The notes under the pieces were generated by a model that saw nothing but the letters and a program-made list of their open reading frames with translations, was not told where the DNA came from and made no database searches. A program made the translations under genes and the position numbers. From positions 1 to 63,148 of the IMG/VR virus record IMGVR_UViG_3300046804_003073: a stretch of DNA of 63,148 nucleotides; one strand, 5' to 3'. This DNA is from a virus. Taxonomy: Duplodnaviria; Caudoviricetes. Positions 1 to 10,153 of this stretch are shown here, piece after piece. The first letter of the stretch is position 1; every line of letters starts with the position of its first letter.

Positions 1-1
1 T

Positions 2-3000
2 ACAGCTGCTTCAAGAATGAGTATATTCCTTGCAAGACTTGCAAGTATGAATAATCCCATAGGTCGAGTAGCACAAAAAATTGGCGTACTAACAGGTTCA
101 TTGAAGAAATTTAATACCGCTGATGCAACAGTAACAGCATCTCTTGCTACTACAACTAAATATAGTCAAAGTGTCACTGCTCTAGGTAATCTACCAGCAA
201 CAGGTTTAACTAAGCCATCAATGACACCAAATGCAGCGCAGATGCAAATTGAAGCTATGAGAATTGCTAAAAGACAAGGTGGAACAATTCTTTCTGGCGG
301 TAAGACAGCATCAATTCCTGGTGCTGGAATTGTCAGTCTAAGATCTGCCCTAATGAGAAATCAAGCAAAGCAGAATCTTATGCGTGCCGCCCACTACGGT
401 GGAACAACAAGAGATTTAAATATTGCAGAAGATCTATTCTTTAAAAATCGTGGATTAGTAAGACAAGGAACGCTTGGGGCTAGAAGTTTTACATCGGCTA
501 CAACCGGCATATCTGCAAGTGCTGGACTGACAGAGCGTGAGATAAGAAGACTTGTAGGAACCAGAATGCAAAGCGGTCTGGCTGCTGGAGTGCGTTATGG
601 AACAATAGGTCAAGGTGGTCCTTCTGCTTCATTTTATGGCGGCAAAGTTCTTTCTGCACGGCAAGAAATGTCTATTGCGCGTGGTGGTGTAAGGGGCGCT
701 TTAACAAAAGTCGGAACAAGATTATTTGGATCAGAAGTAGCCGCTGCTCCAAGCATAAAAACTGTAACTGGTATTAATGCTGTAAAGAAGGCAATTAACT
801 CTATGAAGGGAGCTCCTGGTATCTTTGGCAAGATATCCGCTGGTGTTAGATCCCTCGGTTCATCGTTTATTAGTATATTGCCTAGTGTTGGTAGTTTGAG
901 ATCTGGACTCATGAATATGGCATCGTCGGCAAAGGGTGGTTTATTCAAAGTAACTGGTATTAATAATATTAAGAATGCCGTATCAAAGGCTAAGAGTGCA
1001 ATAAGTGAATTGTCAACTAGATCGGCTCAATACGGTCAAGCAGCTCCTGGATTCTTTAGTAAGGCTTCTACTGGAATGATGTCGTTTGGAAAATCAATAT
1101 TAAGCGGATCTAAGATGTTTAAGATTTTAAGAGTAGCCATGATGAGTACCGGAATACTTGCAATAATCATGGCAATTACCGCAGGTGTATTCTTCCTTAT
1201 AAAAACATTCCAGAATATGGGTGCTAAATCAGCCGCTGTAACAAAGAATTTTAAAGCAGCTTGGAATTCAATTAAAGCAGCCATTAGTGCAATTATAAAG
1301 CCGATTAAAGACACAATTGGAACACTTGTAATAATGATGGGCAACGCTACTGGCGGTGCTGGTGGTGCTGGTAAAGCAATTGAAAATATAAGTGAAAAGA
1401 TTAAATCCTTTGCGGAATCAGTTAAGAATTTTGTAACTAAGTATATAGTTCCTGTTATTGAAACTGTTATGAAAGCAGTTATTGATGTTATCAGAGGAAT
1501 TGTTAATTTCATTAAGGGAATTATTGAAATAGTAAAGGGCAACTGGGGCAAGGGGTTCAAACTGATACTTAAAGGCTTAGCAATGTTTGCTAGAGCTTTT
1601 GTTGGCATATGGGCTGCTCTAGAAAGAATAACTATTAAGATTATTGCTTCTATAGCAAAAGCAATTGTCAATTTGTTTGTTGCGGCTCTTAATAAAGTAG
1701 CGGATTTGGTAACAAGTCTTGCTGGAAGTATTGTTGGTTTTGGTTCAGCACTTCTTGGTTGGGTTCCTGGTCTTGGCGATGGATTGGATAAAATTTCTGA
1801 CTGGCTACATTCTATAGAGAAACCATTTGACAGCATTGGAGATATTGCAAATGGTGTAATTGATGGAGTTGCAGATGCAGCAACAGGTGTTGTTGATTCA
1901 ATAGAGTCAACAGTTAAAGGAATTATAGAAAATATTGCTGGTAAACAACAAGAAATTATTGATGGTGCCGGTGATAATCTTGTAGAAAAAGGAAAGGAAA
2001 CTGGTCGAGATCTTGGTGAAGTTATTACTGAACCACTCGGAGATGCACTTGAAGAAGTTATTGGCGGTGCCGGCGACCAACTTAAGGAATTAATTAGAGA
2101 TCTTAAGCAGAAATTTGTTGATCTGGTCTTGGATTCAGTCAAGGGTGCTCTTGATGAAGCAGTTGATTCTATGAAAGAAGCGCTGGAAAAGCAAAAAGAT
2201 GCTGCTCTTGATGTATTCGATCAGCAACTTGAAGCCCTTAATAAATTAGAAAAGGCAGAGGAATCTTTAACTAAAGAAAAAGAATATCAAGCAGATAGAA
2301 GAAGATTAATTGACGAAAGAGAATTGCAACGTGCTAATTATATTAGAAATCGTGCATTGGCTATTTATGAAGGTCGTATTGATGATGCAAGAGTCCTATC
2401 TCTTGAGGAACAGAAAAATTCAAGAGATTTCAATACAGATCTAGCCAAGACCGATGAGCAAAGAAGACAAGATCTTGCTAAAGAAAATCTTGACGCTCTT
2501 AAGGAAGCAATTCAGAAATCAAAAGACGAAACTGACAAACTGCTAGAAGAGCAGATTAAAGCATTTGAAGAAGCGGCTAAGCAAATAACTAAGTTCCCGC
2601 CTAATACAATTCAGGAATATGATCAGCAACTTAAAGAATTAAATGAAGTTGCTACAAGAATTGCTGGTGAGAATGGCGACATTCTTCAAGACATGATGAA
2701 TAAGATGAAAGATAACCTGAAGATGCCGAATGAAAATGTCGGTGTATTCAGGACTGGTCTTGATCAATTAGTTCAAACGGCAATAGATAAATATGGATTG
2801 ATATCCCCGACAAATGGAACAATTGTCGGTTCAACAATTGCAATGCTTGCTGGCATTGAAGGTCAAATTGTTGGCAATACTGGAGATATAACAAATGCAT
2901 TCCAAGGCATTGTAGATAATGTATTTGATTCATCAAGTCTACTTGATAATATAGCAGATGAAATTGTAGCCCCTGCTCTTGATAATATAACATCTATTTT

Positions 3001-4048
3001 TGAGAGTAAGAATCCGTTCGCTGTATGGATTCAGGCAGTTAAGGATGCTAATGAAACGATTTTAAGAGAAATGCAAAAAACTGTCGGTCATGTTGCAAGT
3101 GTTGTTGAAGAACTTGCTGGTCTTATCTCTGACGCTGTTGCTAAACTTGCCATTCTTAACGAAGCACGGAATGGTGGTGGTTCTGGAGGCGGAGGCGGGG
3201 GGAATGGAAGTACTGGCCCTGGTACACCTACTGATGGCACTCCATCACCGGGTAGTGGCGGTCCTGCTGGTGGAGATTTTAGTACAATCCTCAATAGAAA
3301 TGCTTGGGTAACAATAGGTCAAAAAATTCCAGCATCTATTGCAAGTAAAAAAATGGAACTCTACAACATTGTTGTTGATTCATATAAGAAATATTATGCA
3401 AAATCTGTCACATGGCAAAGTTTACTTGACTATTTTGGATCTAGAGCGTCATATGCAACACCAGAAGGTAAGACTGTTTATGATACCTTAGTTAGTCTTA
3501 GAAGAGTCATGCCTACTCAATTTGGCGGTGCTGGTGCTAGTTCTACTAGTAGCAGTAGCGGCAGGGCTACTGGAACTGTTAATGCAGGTGGTGTACAGGT
3601 TGGATATGATATGTCAAGGGATCAGTATGATCAAATTACTAATGCTGTTGCTAATTGGACACCGACTAGATTCTTTGGTGGAAGAATTTCTAAATATGCC
3701 GCTGGTGGTATTGTTCCTGGCTTTATGTCGCAGGGTATAAAGGCATTGTTGCATGGCGGAGAGTATGTTGTCAATGCGAATGCAGTTAGAAATATAGGCT
3801 ATGCAACATTAGAATCTCTTAATAATATGAGATATATGACACCATCCGGCCCGCGCGGTGGTGGACAGACTGTTGTAAGCGACACACAGAATGTTAATAT
3901 ATATGTTGATACATTTATTGGTGAAGAACAGTGGTTTGAGTCAATGATGAAGAGTTACAATCTTAAGATTGTACCTAGAAATCAAAAGAGAGCTGGTGCC
4001 GAAAATAGGACTATTAGCACATACTCTGGCATAAATAGAGGTGTTTGA
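2..4048 (+). CDS. Tape measure protein (probably 5'-truncated by the window edge)
   Basis: Long Ala/Gly/Ile-rich helical protein with hydrophobic and coiled-coil stretches, a C-terminal 'YAAGGIV...ALLHGGEYVVNANAV' TMP motif, and tail genes downstream; the frame is open back to base 2. Confidence 0.88.
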   Translation, partial: TAASRMSIFLARLASMNNPIGRVAQKIGVLTGSLKKFNTADATVTASLATTTKYSQSVTALGNLPATGLTKPSMTPNAAQMQIEAMRIAKRQGGTILSGGKTASIPGAGIVSLRSALMRNQAKQNLMRAAHYGGTTRDLNIAEDLFFKNRGLVRQGTLGARSFTSATTGISASAGLTEREIRRLVGTRMQSGLAAGVRYGTIGQGGPSASFYGGKVLSARQEMSIARGGVRGALTKVGTRLFGSEVAAAPSIKTVTGINAVKKAINSMKGAPGIFGKISAGVRSLGSSFISILPSVGSLRSGLMNMASSAKGGLFKVTGINNIKNAVSKAKSAISELSTRSAQYGQAAPGFFSKASTGMMSFGKSILSGSKMFKILRVAMMSTGILAIIMAITAGVFFLIKTFQNMGAKSAAVTKNFKAAWNSIKAAISAIIKPIKDTIGTLVIMMGNATGGAGGAGKAIENISEKIKSFAESVKNFVTKYIVPVIETVMKAVIDVIRGIVNFIKGIIEIVKGNWGKGFKLILKGLAMFARAFVGIWAALERITIKIIASIAKAIVNLFVAALNKVADLVTSLAGSIVGFGSALLGWVPGLGDGLDKISDWLHSIEKPFDSIGDIANGVIDGVADAATGVVDSIESTVKGIIENIAGKQQEIIDGAGDNLVEKGKETGRDLGEVITEPLGDALEEVIGGAGDQLKELIRDLKQKFVDLVLDSVKGALDEAVDSMKEALEKQKDAALDVFDQQLEALNKLEKAEESLTKEKEYQADRRRLIDERELQRANYIRNRALAIYEGRIDDARVLSLEEQKNSRDFNTDLAKTDEQRRQDLAKENLDALKEAIQKSKDETDKLLEEQIKAFEEAAKQITKFPPNTIQEYDQQLKELNEVATRIAGENGDILQDMMNKMKDNLKMPNENVGVFRTGLDQLVQTAIDKYGLISPTNGTIVGSTIAMLAGIEGQIVGNTGDITNAFQGIVDNVFDSSSLLDNIADEIVAPALDNITSIFESKNPFAVWIQAVKDANETILREMQKTVGHVASVVEELAGLISDAVAKLAILNEARNGGGSGGGGGGNGSTGPGTPTDGTPSPGSGGPAGGDFSTILNRNAWVTIGQKIPASIASKKMELYNIVVDSYKKYYAKSVTWQSLLDYFGSRASYATPEGKTVYDTLVSLRRVMPTQFGGAGASSTSSSSGRATGTVNAGGVQVGYDMSRDQYDQITNAVANWTPTRFFGGRISKYAAGGIVPGFMSQGIKALLHGGEYVVNANAVRNIGYATLESLNNMRYMTPSGPRGGGQTVVSDTQNVNIYVDTFIGEEQWFESMMKSYNLKIVPRNQKRAGAENRTISTYSGINRGV

Positions 4049-4467
4049 TGGTAGCAATACAAAATCAACAAACAGACCTATTAAAGTTTATATCTATTAA
4101 TTCAACAGAGTTAACAGAGGGTTCTAGGAAGGTATCAATCAATGAGACACTATCAGTTTCAGATATTGAAACATCTTCTGGTAGAATCAAAAGATTTTTT
4201 AATAAAAGCAAAAAAGAATTAAGTATAAACTATTCTTACTTGGGGTCTGGTACTGATCATACAGTGGATGGGCGAGTTGGTCGAGATTTTATTCATAATC
4301 TTGCACTTAATAGTCCATCTATTCAAGTTGCTTATGTAGATCAACCAGGTGGTCCGGTTATAAGTTTTAATGGCTTCATATCTAGTTACTCCGAATCAAT
4401 AATAAGAAGGGATTTATCAACACAATGCATCTATTATGAGGTGCAGTTTACAGTGCAGGAAGCATAA
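4045..4467 (+). CDS. Minor tail protein (distal-tail/Dit-like)
   Basis: Immediately after the TMP, 140 aa, beta-rich, ends in 'FTVQEA'. Confidence 0.6.
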   Translation: MMVAIQNQQTDLLKFISINSTELTEGSRKVSINETLSVSDIETSSGRIKRFFNKSKKELSINYSYLGSGTDHTVDGRVGRDFIHNLALNSPSIQVAYVDQPGGPVISFNGFISSYSESIIRRDLSTQCIYYEVQFTVQEA

Positions 4468-6266
4468 TGACAAAGTGGAATGACTCTTATTATTCAGTAG
4501 CATTCAACTCTGCCGGTCATAAATTCTATGGTCTCGGTTATGAGATTATAGAATCTGGTTCAATATTATCTGATTCAGGTTCAGTAGATATAACAGTTAG
4601 TGCTTATGAAATATTATATGCTTCAATAGATATATCTATTAGTTCACAAGCAGAAGCTACTGTTGGTACAGTAAATATATTTGAGAATGCTGCTGTATCA
4701 ATTGATATAACGTCAAATACTACAGCAACTTCTATTGGTATTAGACTCGCCTCTCAATCTTCAAGTGGAGATTTGACTGTAAGTTCACAGGCGATAGAAT
4801 TTTTGTATGCATCATCTTCAATTTCCGCTGATACATCTATTAATGTTCAAGCTATTGAAATACAGTACGCATCAAGCAGTATTGCTATAGATTCTGACAT
4901 AACTGCTGTAGGTACTGAAATACAGTATGCAAGTAGTTCCATATCAATTGACTCTGACTCTTCATCAACGGCTTATGAAATTCTTTATGCCTCTTGTTCA
5001 ATAGAATCAACTGTATATTTTACAACATCTCCCATTGAAATTTTATTACCAAAGACACAAATTGATATTGATTCCTCGCTAGTTGTTTCAACAATGAAAG
5101 ATGCATATGCATCATCTTCAATTTCTATTGATTGCTCTGTTTCTGTTGTATGTCTGGAACAATTAAAAGCATCCATTACAATAGATAGTTCACTCACTGT
5201 AAGCGCAACCGCAATTGAAATTTTGTTTGTATCAATTGAATCATTGATAGATGCCAGTGCCTCAGCAACTGCTTATGAAATTCTTTATTCAAACTCGGCA
5301 CCATCTGGTGATCTATCTGTTACAACTTCAGCATATAAGTTTGCATATGCACAAAGTGCTATTTCAATAACTTCAAATGTAACAATATTTGCATTAGAAG
5401 AATTGAAAGCATTTATTGTTATTGATTCATCACTTAATGCAACAGTAACAAGTATCAAACTTGCCTACTCTTCAATACAGATATCCTCATCTGCTTCTGC
5501 AACAATTGTCGGTAAAGAAATTCAAAAAGCCGTATGTTCAATATCAATAACATCCAGTCTGTCTGCTACTGCTTATGAGATTCAAAAAGCGTCATGTGCT
5601 ATAGATATAACATCCAATGGGGTATTTACAGCAATGGAAATTCTAAAAGCAGCATGTGTAACATCAGGAAGTGTTTCTACAACTGCTACTGCAAAAGAAA
5701 TATTACTGGCAAAGATATCAATTTCCGGTCTGTCTGTAAATGTTGTATTGGCATTAGAAATTCAATTACTGAAGTGTACAATACCAGTAACATCAGCAAT
5801 GCTTATTGCAAGCGCAATTAAGTTTAGTTCTGCCGTAACAGAAGATACTGAATACATAAGAACAATGCTTGTTTTAGATGGTAAGCCATTAACAGAGCAT
5901 AATAGAAAATTAAATAGTTCTATAATTCAACCTGTTATAGAAAATATTAACTGGAAAGCAACTAGAAGTCGATATTATAAGGATAATTCTGGTAGAAAGG
6001 CATTTACTTTATCTTGGACAATGGTACCAAATTCAAGAGAAGACACAGTAGATCTTAAGTTTGGAAGGGATTATATAAATCAAATAGGTAGCGACCCAGA
6101 TGTGCATACATTAAAATTGATTAATTTAGACTCAAATGGAACTACACCATATAGTGAAACAGAGTATAATGTTATAGTAAAAAGTTATTCTGAGACTCTT
6201 ATTAGAAGAGATCTTGTTGGTGAAGCATATTACTGGGACTGTAATTTGAGTTTAGAGGAAGTATAA
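4467..6266 (+). CDS. Minor tail protein with ~20-aa tandem repeats and a C-terminal Dit-like domain
   Basis: Repeats such as EIQYASSSIAIDSDITAVGT; the C-terminus resembles 4045..4467 (TVD..GRD, SYSE.(I/L)IRRDL). Confidence 0.65.
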   Translation: MTKWNDSYYSVAFNSAGHKFYGLGYEIIESGSILSDSGSVDITVSAYEILYASIDISISSQAEATVGTVNIFENAAVSIDITSNTTATSIGIRLASQSSSGDLTVSSQAIEFLYASSSISADTSINVQAIEIQYASSSIAIDSDITAVGTEIQYASSSISIDSDSSSTAYEILYASCSIESTVYFTTSPIEILLPKTQIDIDSSLVVSTMKDAYASSSISIDCSVSVVCLEQLKASITIDSSLTVSATAIEILFVSIESLIDASASATAYEILYSNSAPSGDLSVTTSAYKFAYAQSAISITSNVTIFALEELKAFIVIDSSLNATVTSIKLAYSSIQISSSASATIVGKEIQKAVCSISITSSLSATAYEIQKASCAIDITSNGVFTAMEILKAACVTSGSVSTTATAKEILLAKISISGLSVNVVLALEIQLLKCTIPVTSAMLIASAIKFSSAVTEDTEYIRTMLVLDGKPLTEHNRKLNSSIIQPVIENINWKATRSRYYKDNSGRKAFTLSWTMVPNSREDTVDLKFGRDYINQIGSDPDVHTLKLINLDSNGTTPYSETEYNVIVKSYSETLIRRDLVGEAYYWDCNLSLEEV

Positions 6267-9200
6267 TGTTAACAACTGATATATACGGTAAAACATTAAG
6301 CAATACGTTCAATTCTAAAATATCATCTCCAGCTCAGTCTATAAAACCAAAAATTCTTATAAACTTTTTGGACAGTAGACATAGTACAAATCTTACTGTA
6401 ACAACAAATAGTGCACACGCCTCATCTAATCCCGGAGATCTTGGTTATTATTTCGTTCCAAAGCAATCATGTAATGGAATTGAAAGACAATCGTATACTT
6501 GGGCAGTTGCTGATGCCCTTGATGTAGATGGGAAAACCATTAAGGCAGATGGCAATTGGTATGCAATGCCAAGCGATCTTTCTGAGAACTATGAATATGG
6601 ATGGTGGTCAAGTTCTAATTCAACATCTTCACTGCATGGAACTTATAATGGTTATTCATTCTCATCAAATCCAACTTTAAATATTGAATTTGATGATCGT
6701 GCATGCAATATTATAAGAGTTACTACATCAGAATACTATGGTCAAATTGATACATATACATTAGTTGTAAGAAGCAATGATTCTGGTATGCCAAACCCCT
6801 TGTTTACAGAAACAGCTAGAATTGAAGACGGATCATATTACTATGATCATTATTTGCCAAGCTCTATTGGTCATGACACCATATATAGAATAGAAATAAC
6901 TGTACTAACAACCAAGAATCCACTTGACTATGCAAGAATACAGGAGGTTAGTCCAATATATCAAGTTGATATATCTGATTATTCTATATCTTATGACTAT
7001 AGTAAGGTTAGAGATTTGCATGAATCTAGTTTACCAATTGCGGGTACTGCCTCTGGCGGTCTTAATTTAACAATTGATAATACATCTAAAGAGTTTAATA
7101 TACTTAATAATTCTTCTGAGTACGGCAAGTATATGAAAAAGGATCTAAAGGTATATGTTACATCTGGATGGAATATCAAAAAATATGATGATTTGTATAT
7201 AGAAAAAACTCTACGTTCAAATCTATCGTCAGTTGCAAGTTCAATGAGTTTAATAAATACAGACGACCTTCCTGATGGTGGCGCTGGAAACGAGTTCGTC
7301 ATGGTTATTGACCCAGATGGTGTTAATAGAGAATTTATTCTTTGCAATGCTAAATCATCTACATATGATATATCTATTTCTGAAAGAGGATATGCCGGCT
7401 CGTCAGCAAAAAGTCATACAGCGGGGACAACTGTTAGATTTGAAACATATGAATATCCATCATATACTGAATATTATGTTGATGAATGGAGTGCTTCATC
7501 CGATTCAATGACTGTCTCATTGACAGCAACTGACTGGTCTAAAAATCTATCAGAAAAGATTCTCACAAAAGGATTTTTTTTGGAAAAATCAACTGTGCCT
7601 GATGCTTGTGAGTCATTATTACTAAAATCTAATTTCCCGAAGAAAGATATCAAATCATTAAATAGATTTGATATATCTGCAAAAAAGAAAGGGGCTGTAT
7701 TACATTTTGATTTTAATGAATCAAGTATTGATAGATCTGGAAATACTGTGAATGTTGATAATGGTCTTAGGGCAAGATTTTTTGCTATGCCGGCCGGTCA
7801 AGAAAACAAGGTCTCTGACATAACAGCAGATGCCCTAGATCGTGAACTGTCAGATCTTGAAAAAGCGCTAGGAGAGACAAGTTTTACGTCACCATCCTAT
7901 TCAGCCAATTCAGCAGATATATCTGCTTCATCAATGGCATTAAATATTGGTACATCAGTTGGATATTCCTTTACTGGCACTGATGGCACTATTTATTCTG
8001 AATATTATAACTGTGTATTTGACGGATTTTATATACCAACAGATACTGGGTCTCAATATATAGTAATTGATATCGCAATGGGGGGTGCAAGAGTATATCT
8101 TGATGATACTCTAATTCTTGATGACTGGAGACTGCATCCGGTATCAGATGGTTCTTATTATACAATAGAATCAGATGAGTTGTATCTTACTCAAGGAAAA
8201 CCATATAAGATAAGAATTGAAGCATTTCATAAAACAGGCAAGTTTGCTATCAAACTTAAATCTGCTGTTGGGATATATGCCGCCGCAGATGTTTCACCAG
8301 AAGAAACAAAAACTATTGCAGTTATAGACAAAATTGGCACAAAGAACCCTAGTTTTGAACCCGCTACTTCAGATAGAAATAAGAGAACAAACTATGCTCT
8401 CTATCTTGGCGGTGGCAATATAGGTCTTGCTGGTGGCATGACTTCAATGCCAGAGAATAAATCATGTTTGCTCGGATCTGGTAAATACATTAGATTGCCA
8501 TATGATTTATCATGGAACATGGTTAACTCTACTAATCCCAACTATACAGGTGATTTTACAATAGAGATGTATATTAAGCCAACTGCTTCATACAGTAGTG
8601 ACGGTGAATACATCAGTATGTGGGTGGATTCAGGAACCACATCAAATGGTTTTGAATTTTTCTTCAATAGTACAACTCATGGTTTTAAAATTAAAACATC
8701 AAGTGGAACACTGCAGCTTTCAGCAAATGGATCGCTATCAACTACGAGTTGGTCACATATAATAGTCACTTATAACTCAACTACAGACGCTATTGCTTAT
8801 TATGTAAATGGTAGTTTAATTGATTCAGATATAGTAAGTGGTTCTATTACATCATGGAATGATCTAGATTTAACATTTGGCGGTAGAAATGCTTATTATA
8901 ATACAACAACTGATTTAGAGGTTGCTCCATCAACAATTAGAAGTATTTATATTGATGAATTTTTAATTTACAATAAATATTTAACAAGTGATGAAATATC
9001 AGATAGATATACAGAGACTCAAATGCAAGAAGTTACTCTCTATCCATTCTTGTATGGCGGAGAGGAGCCTATTAGAACTATTTTAGATGAAATCACATTA
9101 GCTGATTTAGGTCGATTCTATATAGATGAATTAAATAATGCTAGATACGATCATTATTATAGATTCTTTGAAACAAGTATAGATCAACATACCAATATTC

Positions 9201-10153
9201 AGACAACCATAGATGATGATACTCATATATTAAACGCTGATTTTGTTACACAAATACAGGCTAATAAAGTTGTTGTAAAAATTGCTGGTATTTCTTCAAA
9301 TTTAGTCGGGACACAATCTCTTTGGAGAGCACCAGATCCTACTACACTAGCAGTAGTAAATCTAGAATCATCAATTACATCATCTGACACATCAATGTAT
9401 GTATCAACAACTGTTGATCCACCATTTGCTAAAGCTGGATATATTATAATAGATGATGAAATTATTAAATATAATAGTAAATTACCCAATGTTTTTGCAT
9501 CGTTAGAAAGAGGCAAGTTTGGAACTACAGCTGCATCTCACTTAGCTAATGCTGCTGTTAGAGAAGCAAGATATTGGGACATAAAATACGATAAGGCTCC
9601 AGCATTCTCTGTGAAGGATCCATTCATTACTGGTATTCTTTTTGAAGAACCAAACCAAATTGATATATTGAAATGGATTCCAAATGCTTATGGTGCTGAA
9701 TTAATAATATCTGCAAGTGAAAATATAGATAAAGATACATTTGTTTTTGCAGAAGGAACAAGTCCTATAACTCAAAAAGTAAGTTATACAGCCGTTGCTG
9801 GTATTCCTGTTGTTATAACAGATTCTAATAGTCAAATTACAGAGCAAGTTGCTACATTAGAAGATAATATAAGGCTCTATGGTATTAAAGAAATTACTAT
9901 AGAAAATAGGTTCATTACAGATTACCTATATGGTCAAAGGATTGCTAATTTTATTATTAGCAAAATGGGGGATCCTGTTCCCATTTTAAATATAAATACT
10001 ATACCTACACCAAAAATTCAATTAGGTGATAAAATTAGAATATCATCTATGGATTCATTTGATATAATTAATGGAGATTATTGGGTCATTTCTAAAAACT
10101 ATCAATACAGCCTGACACCCGGGCAAAGTATGACCTTAAGGAAGGTAGTCTGA
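6266..10153 (+). CDS. Large tail tip/baseplate protein with PA14-like and LamG/ConA-like domains
   Basis: 'FDGFYIPTDTGSQY...GGARVYLDDTLILDDW' is PA14-like; 'DFTIEMYIKP...WSHIIVTYN...YYVNGSL...IDEFLIYNKYLT' is LamG-like; located in the tail module. Confidence 0.72.
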   Translation: MLTTDIYGKTLSNTFNSKISSPAQSIKPKILINFLDSRHSTNLTVTTNSAHASSNPGDLGYYFVPKQSCNGIERQSYTWAVADALDVDGKTIKADGNWYAMPSDLSENYEYGWWSSSNSTSSLHGTYNGYSFSSNPTLNIEFDDRACNIIRVTTSEYYGQIDTYTLVVRSNDSGMPNPLFTETARIEDGSYYYDHYLPSSIGHDTIYRIEITVLTTKNPLDYARIQEVSPIYQVDISDYSISYDYSKVRDLHESSLPIAGTASGGLNLTIDNTSKEFNILNNSSEYGKYMKKDLKVYVTSGWNIKKYDDLYIEKTLRSNLSSVASSMSLINTDDLPDGGAGNEFVMVIDPDGVNREFILCNAKSSTYDISISERGYAGSSAKSHTAGTTVRFETYEYPSYTEYYVDEWSASSDSMTVSLTATDWSKNLSEKILTKGFFLEKSTVPDACESLLLKSNFPKKDIKSLNRFDISAKKKGAVLHFDFNESSIDRSGNTVNVDNGLRARFFAMPAGQENKVSDITADALDRELSDLEKALGETSFTSPSYSANSADISASSMALNIGTSVGYSFTGTDGTIYSEYYNCVFDGFYIPTDTGSQYIVIDIAMGGARVYLDDTLILDDWRLHPVSDGSYYTIESDELYLTQGKPYKIRIEAFHKTGKFAIKLKSAVGIYAAADVSPEETKTIAVIDKIGTKNPSFEPATSDRNKRTNYALYLGGGNIGLAGGMTSMPENKSCLLGSGKYIRLPYDLSWNMVNSTNPNYTGDFTIEMYIKPTASYSSDGEYISMWVDSGTTSNGFEFFFNSTTHGFKIKTSSGTLQLSANGSLSTTSWSHIIVTYNSTTDAIAYYVNGSLIDSDIVSGSITSWNDLDLTFGGRNAYYNTTTDLEVAPSTIRSIYIDEFLIYNKYLTSDEISDRYTETQMQEVTLYPFLYGGEEPIRTILDEITLADLGRFYIDELNNARYDHYYRFFETSIDQHTNIQTTIDDDTHILNADFVTQIQANKVVVKIAGISSNLVGTQSLWRAPDPTTLAVVNLESSITSSDTSMYVSTTVDPPFAKAGYIIIDDEIIKYNSKLPNVFASLERGKFGTTAASHLANAAVREARYWDIKYDKAPAFSVKDPFITGILFEEPNQIDILKWIPNAYGAELIISASENIDKDTFVFAEGTSPITQKVSYTAVAGIPVVITDSNSQITEQVATLEDNIRLYGIKEITIENRFITDYLYGQRIANFIISKMGDPVPILNINTIPTPKIQLGDKIRISSMDSFDIINGDYWVISKNYQYSLTPGQSMTLRKVV

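Noticed and set aside
1036-2142. 368-aa minus-strand ORF and other antisense ORFs before 58 kb
   Set aside because: They are shadows of strongly supported + strand genes, with no RBS or recognisable motifs.
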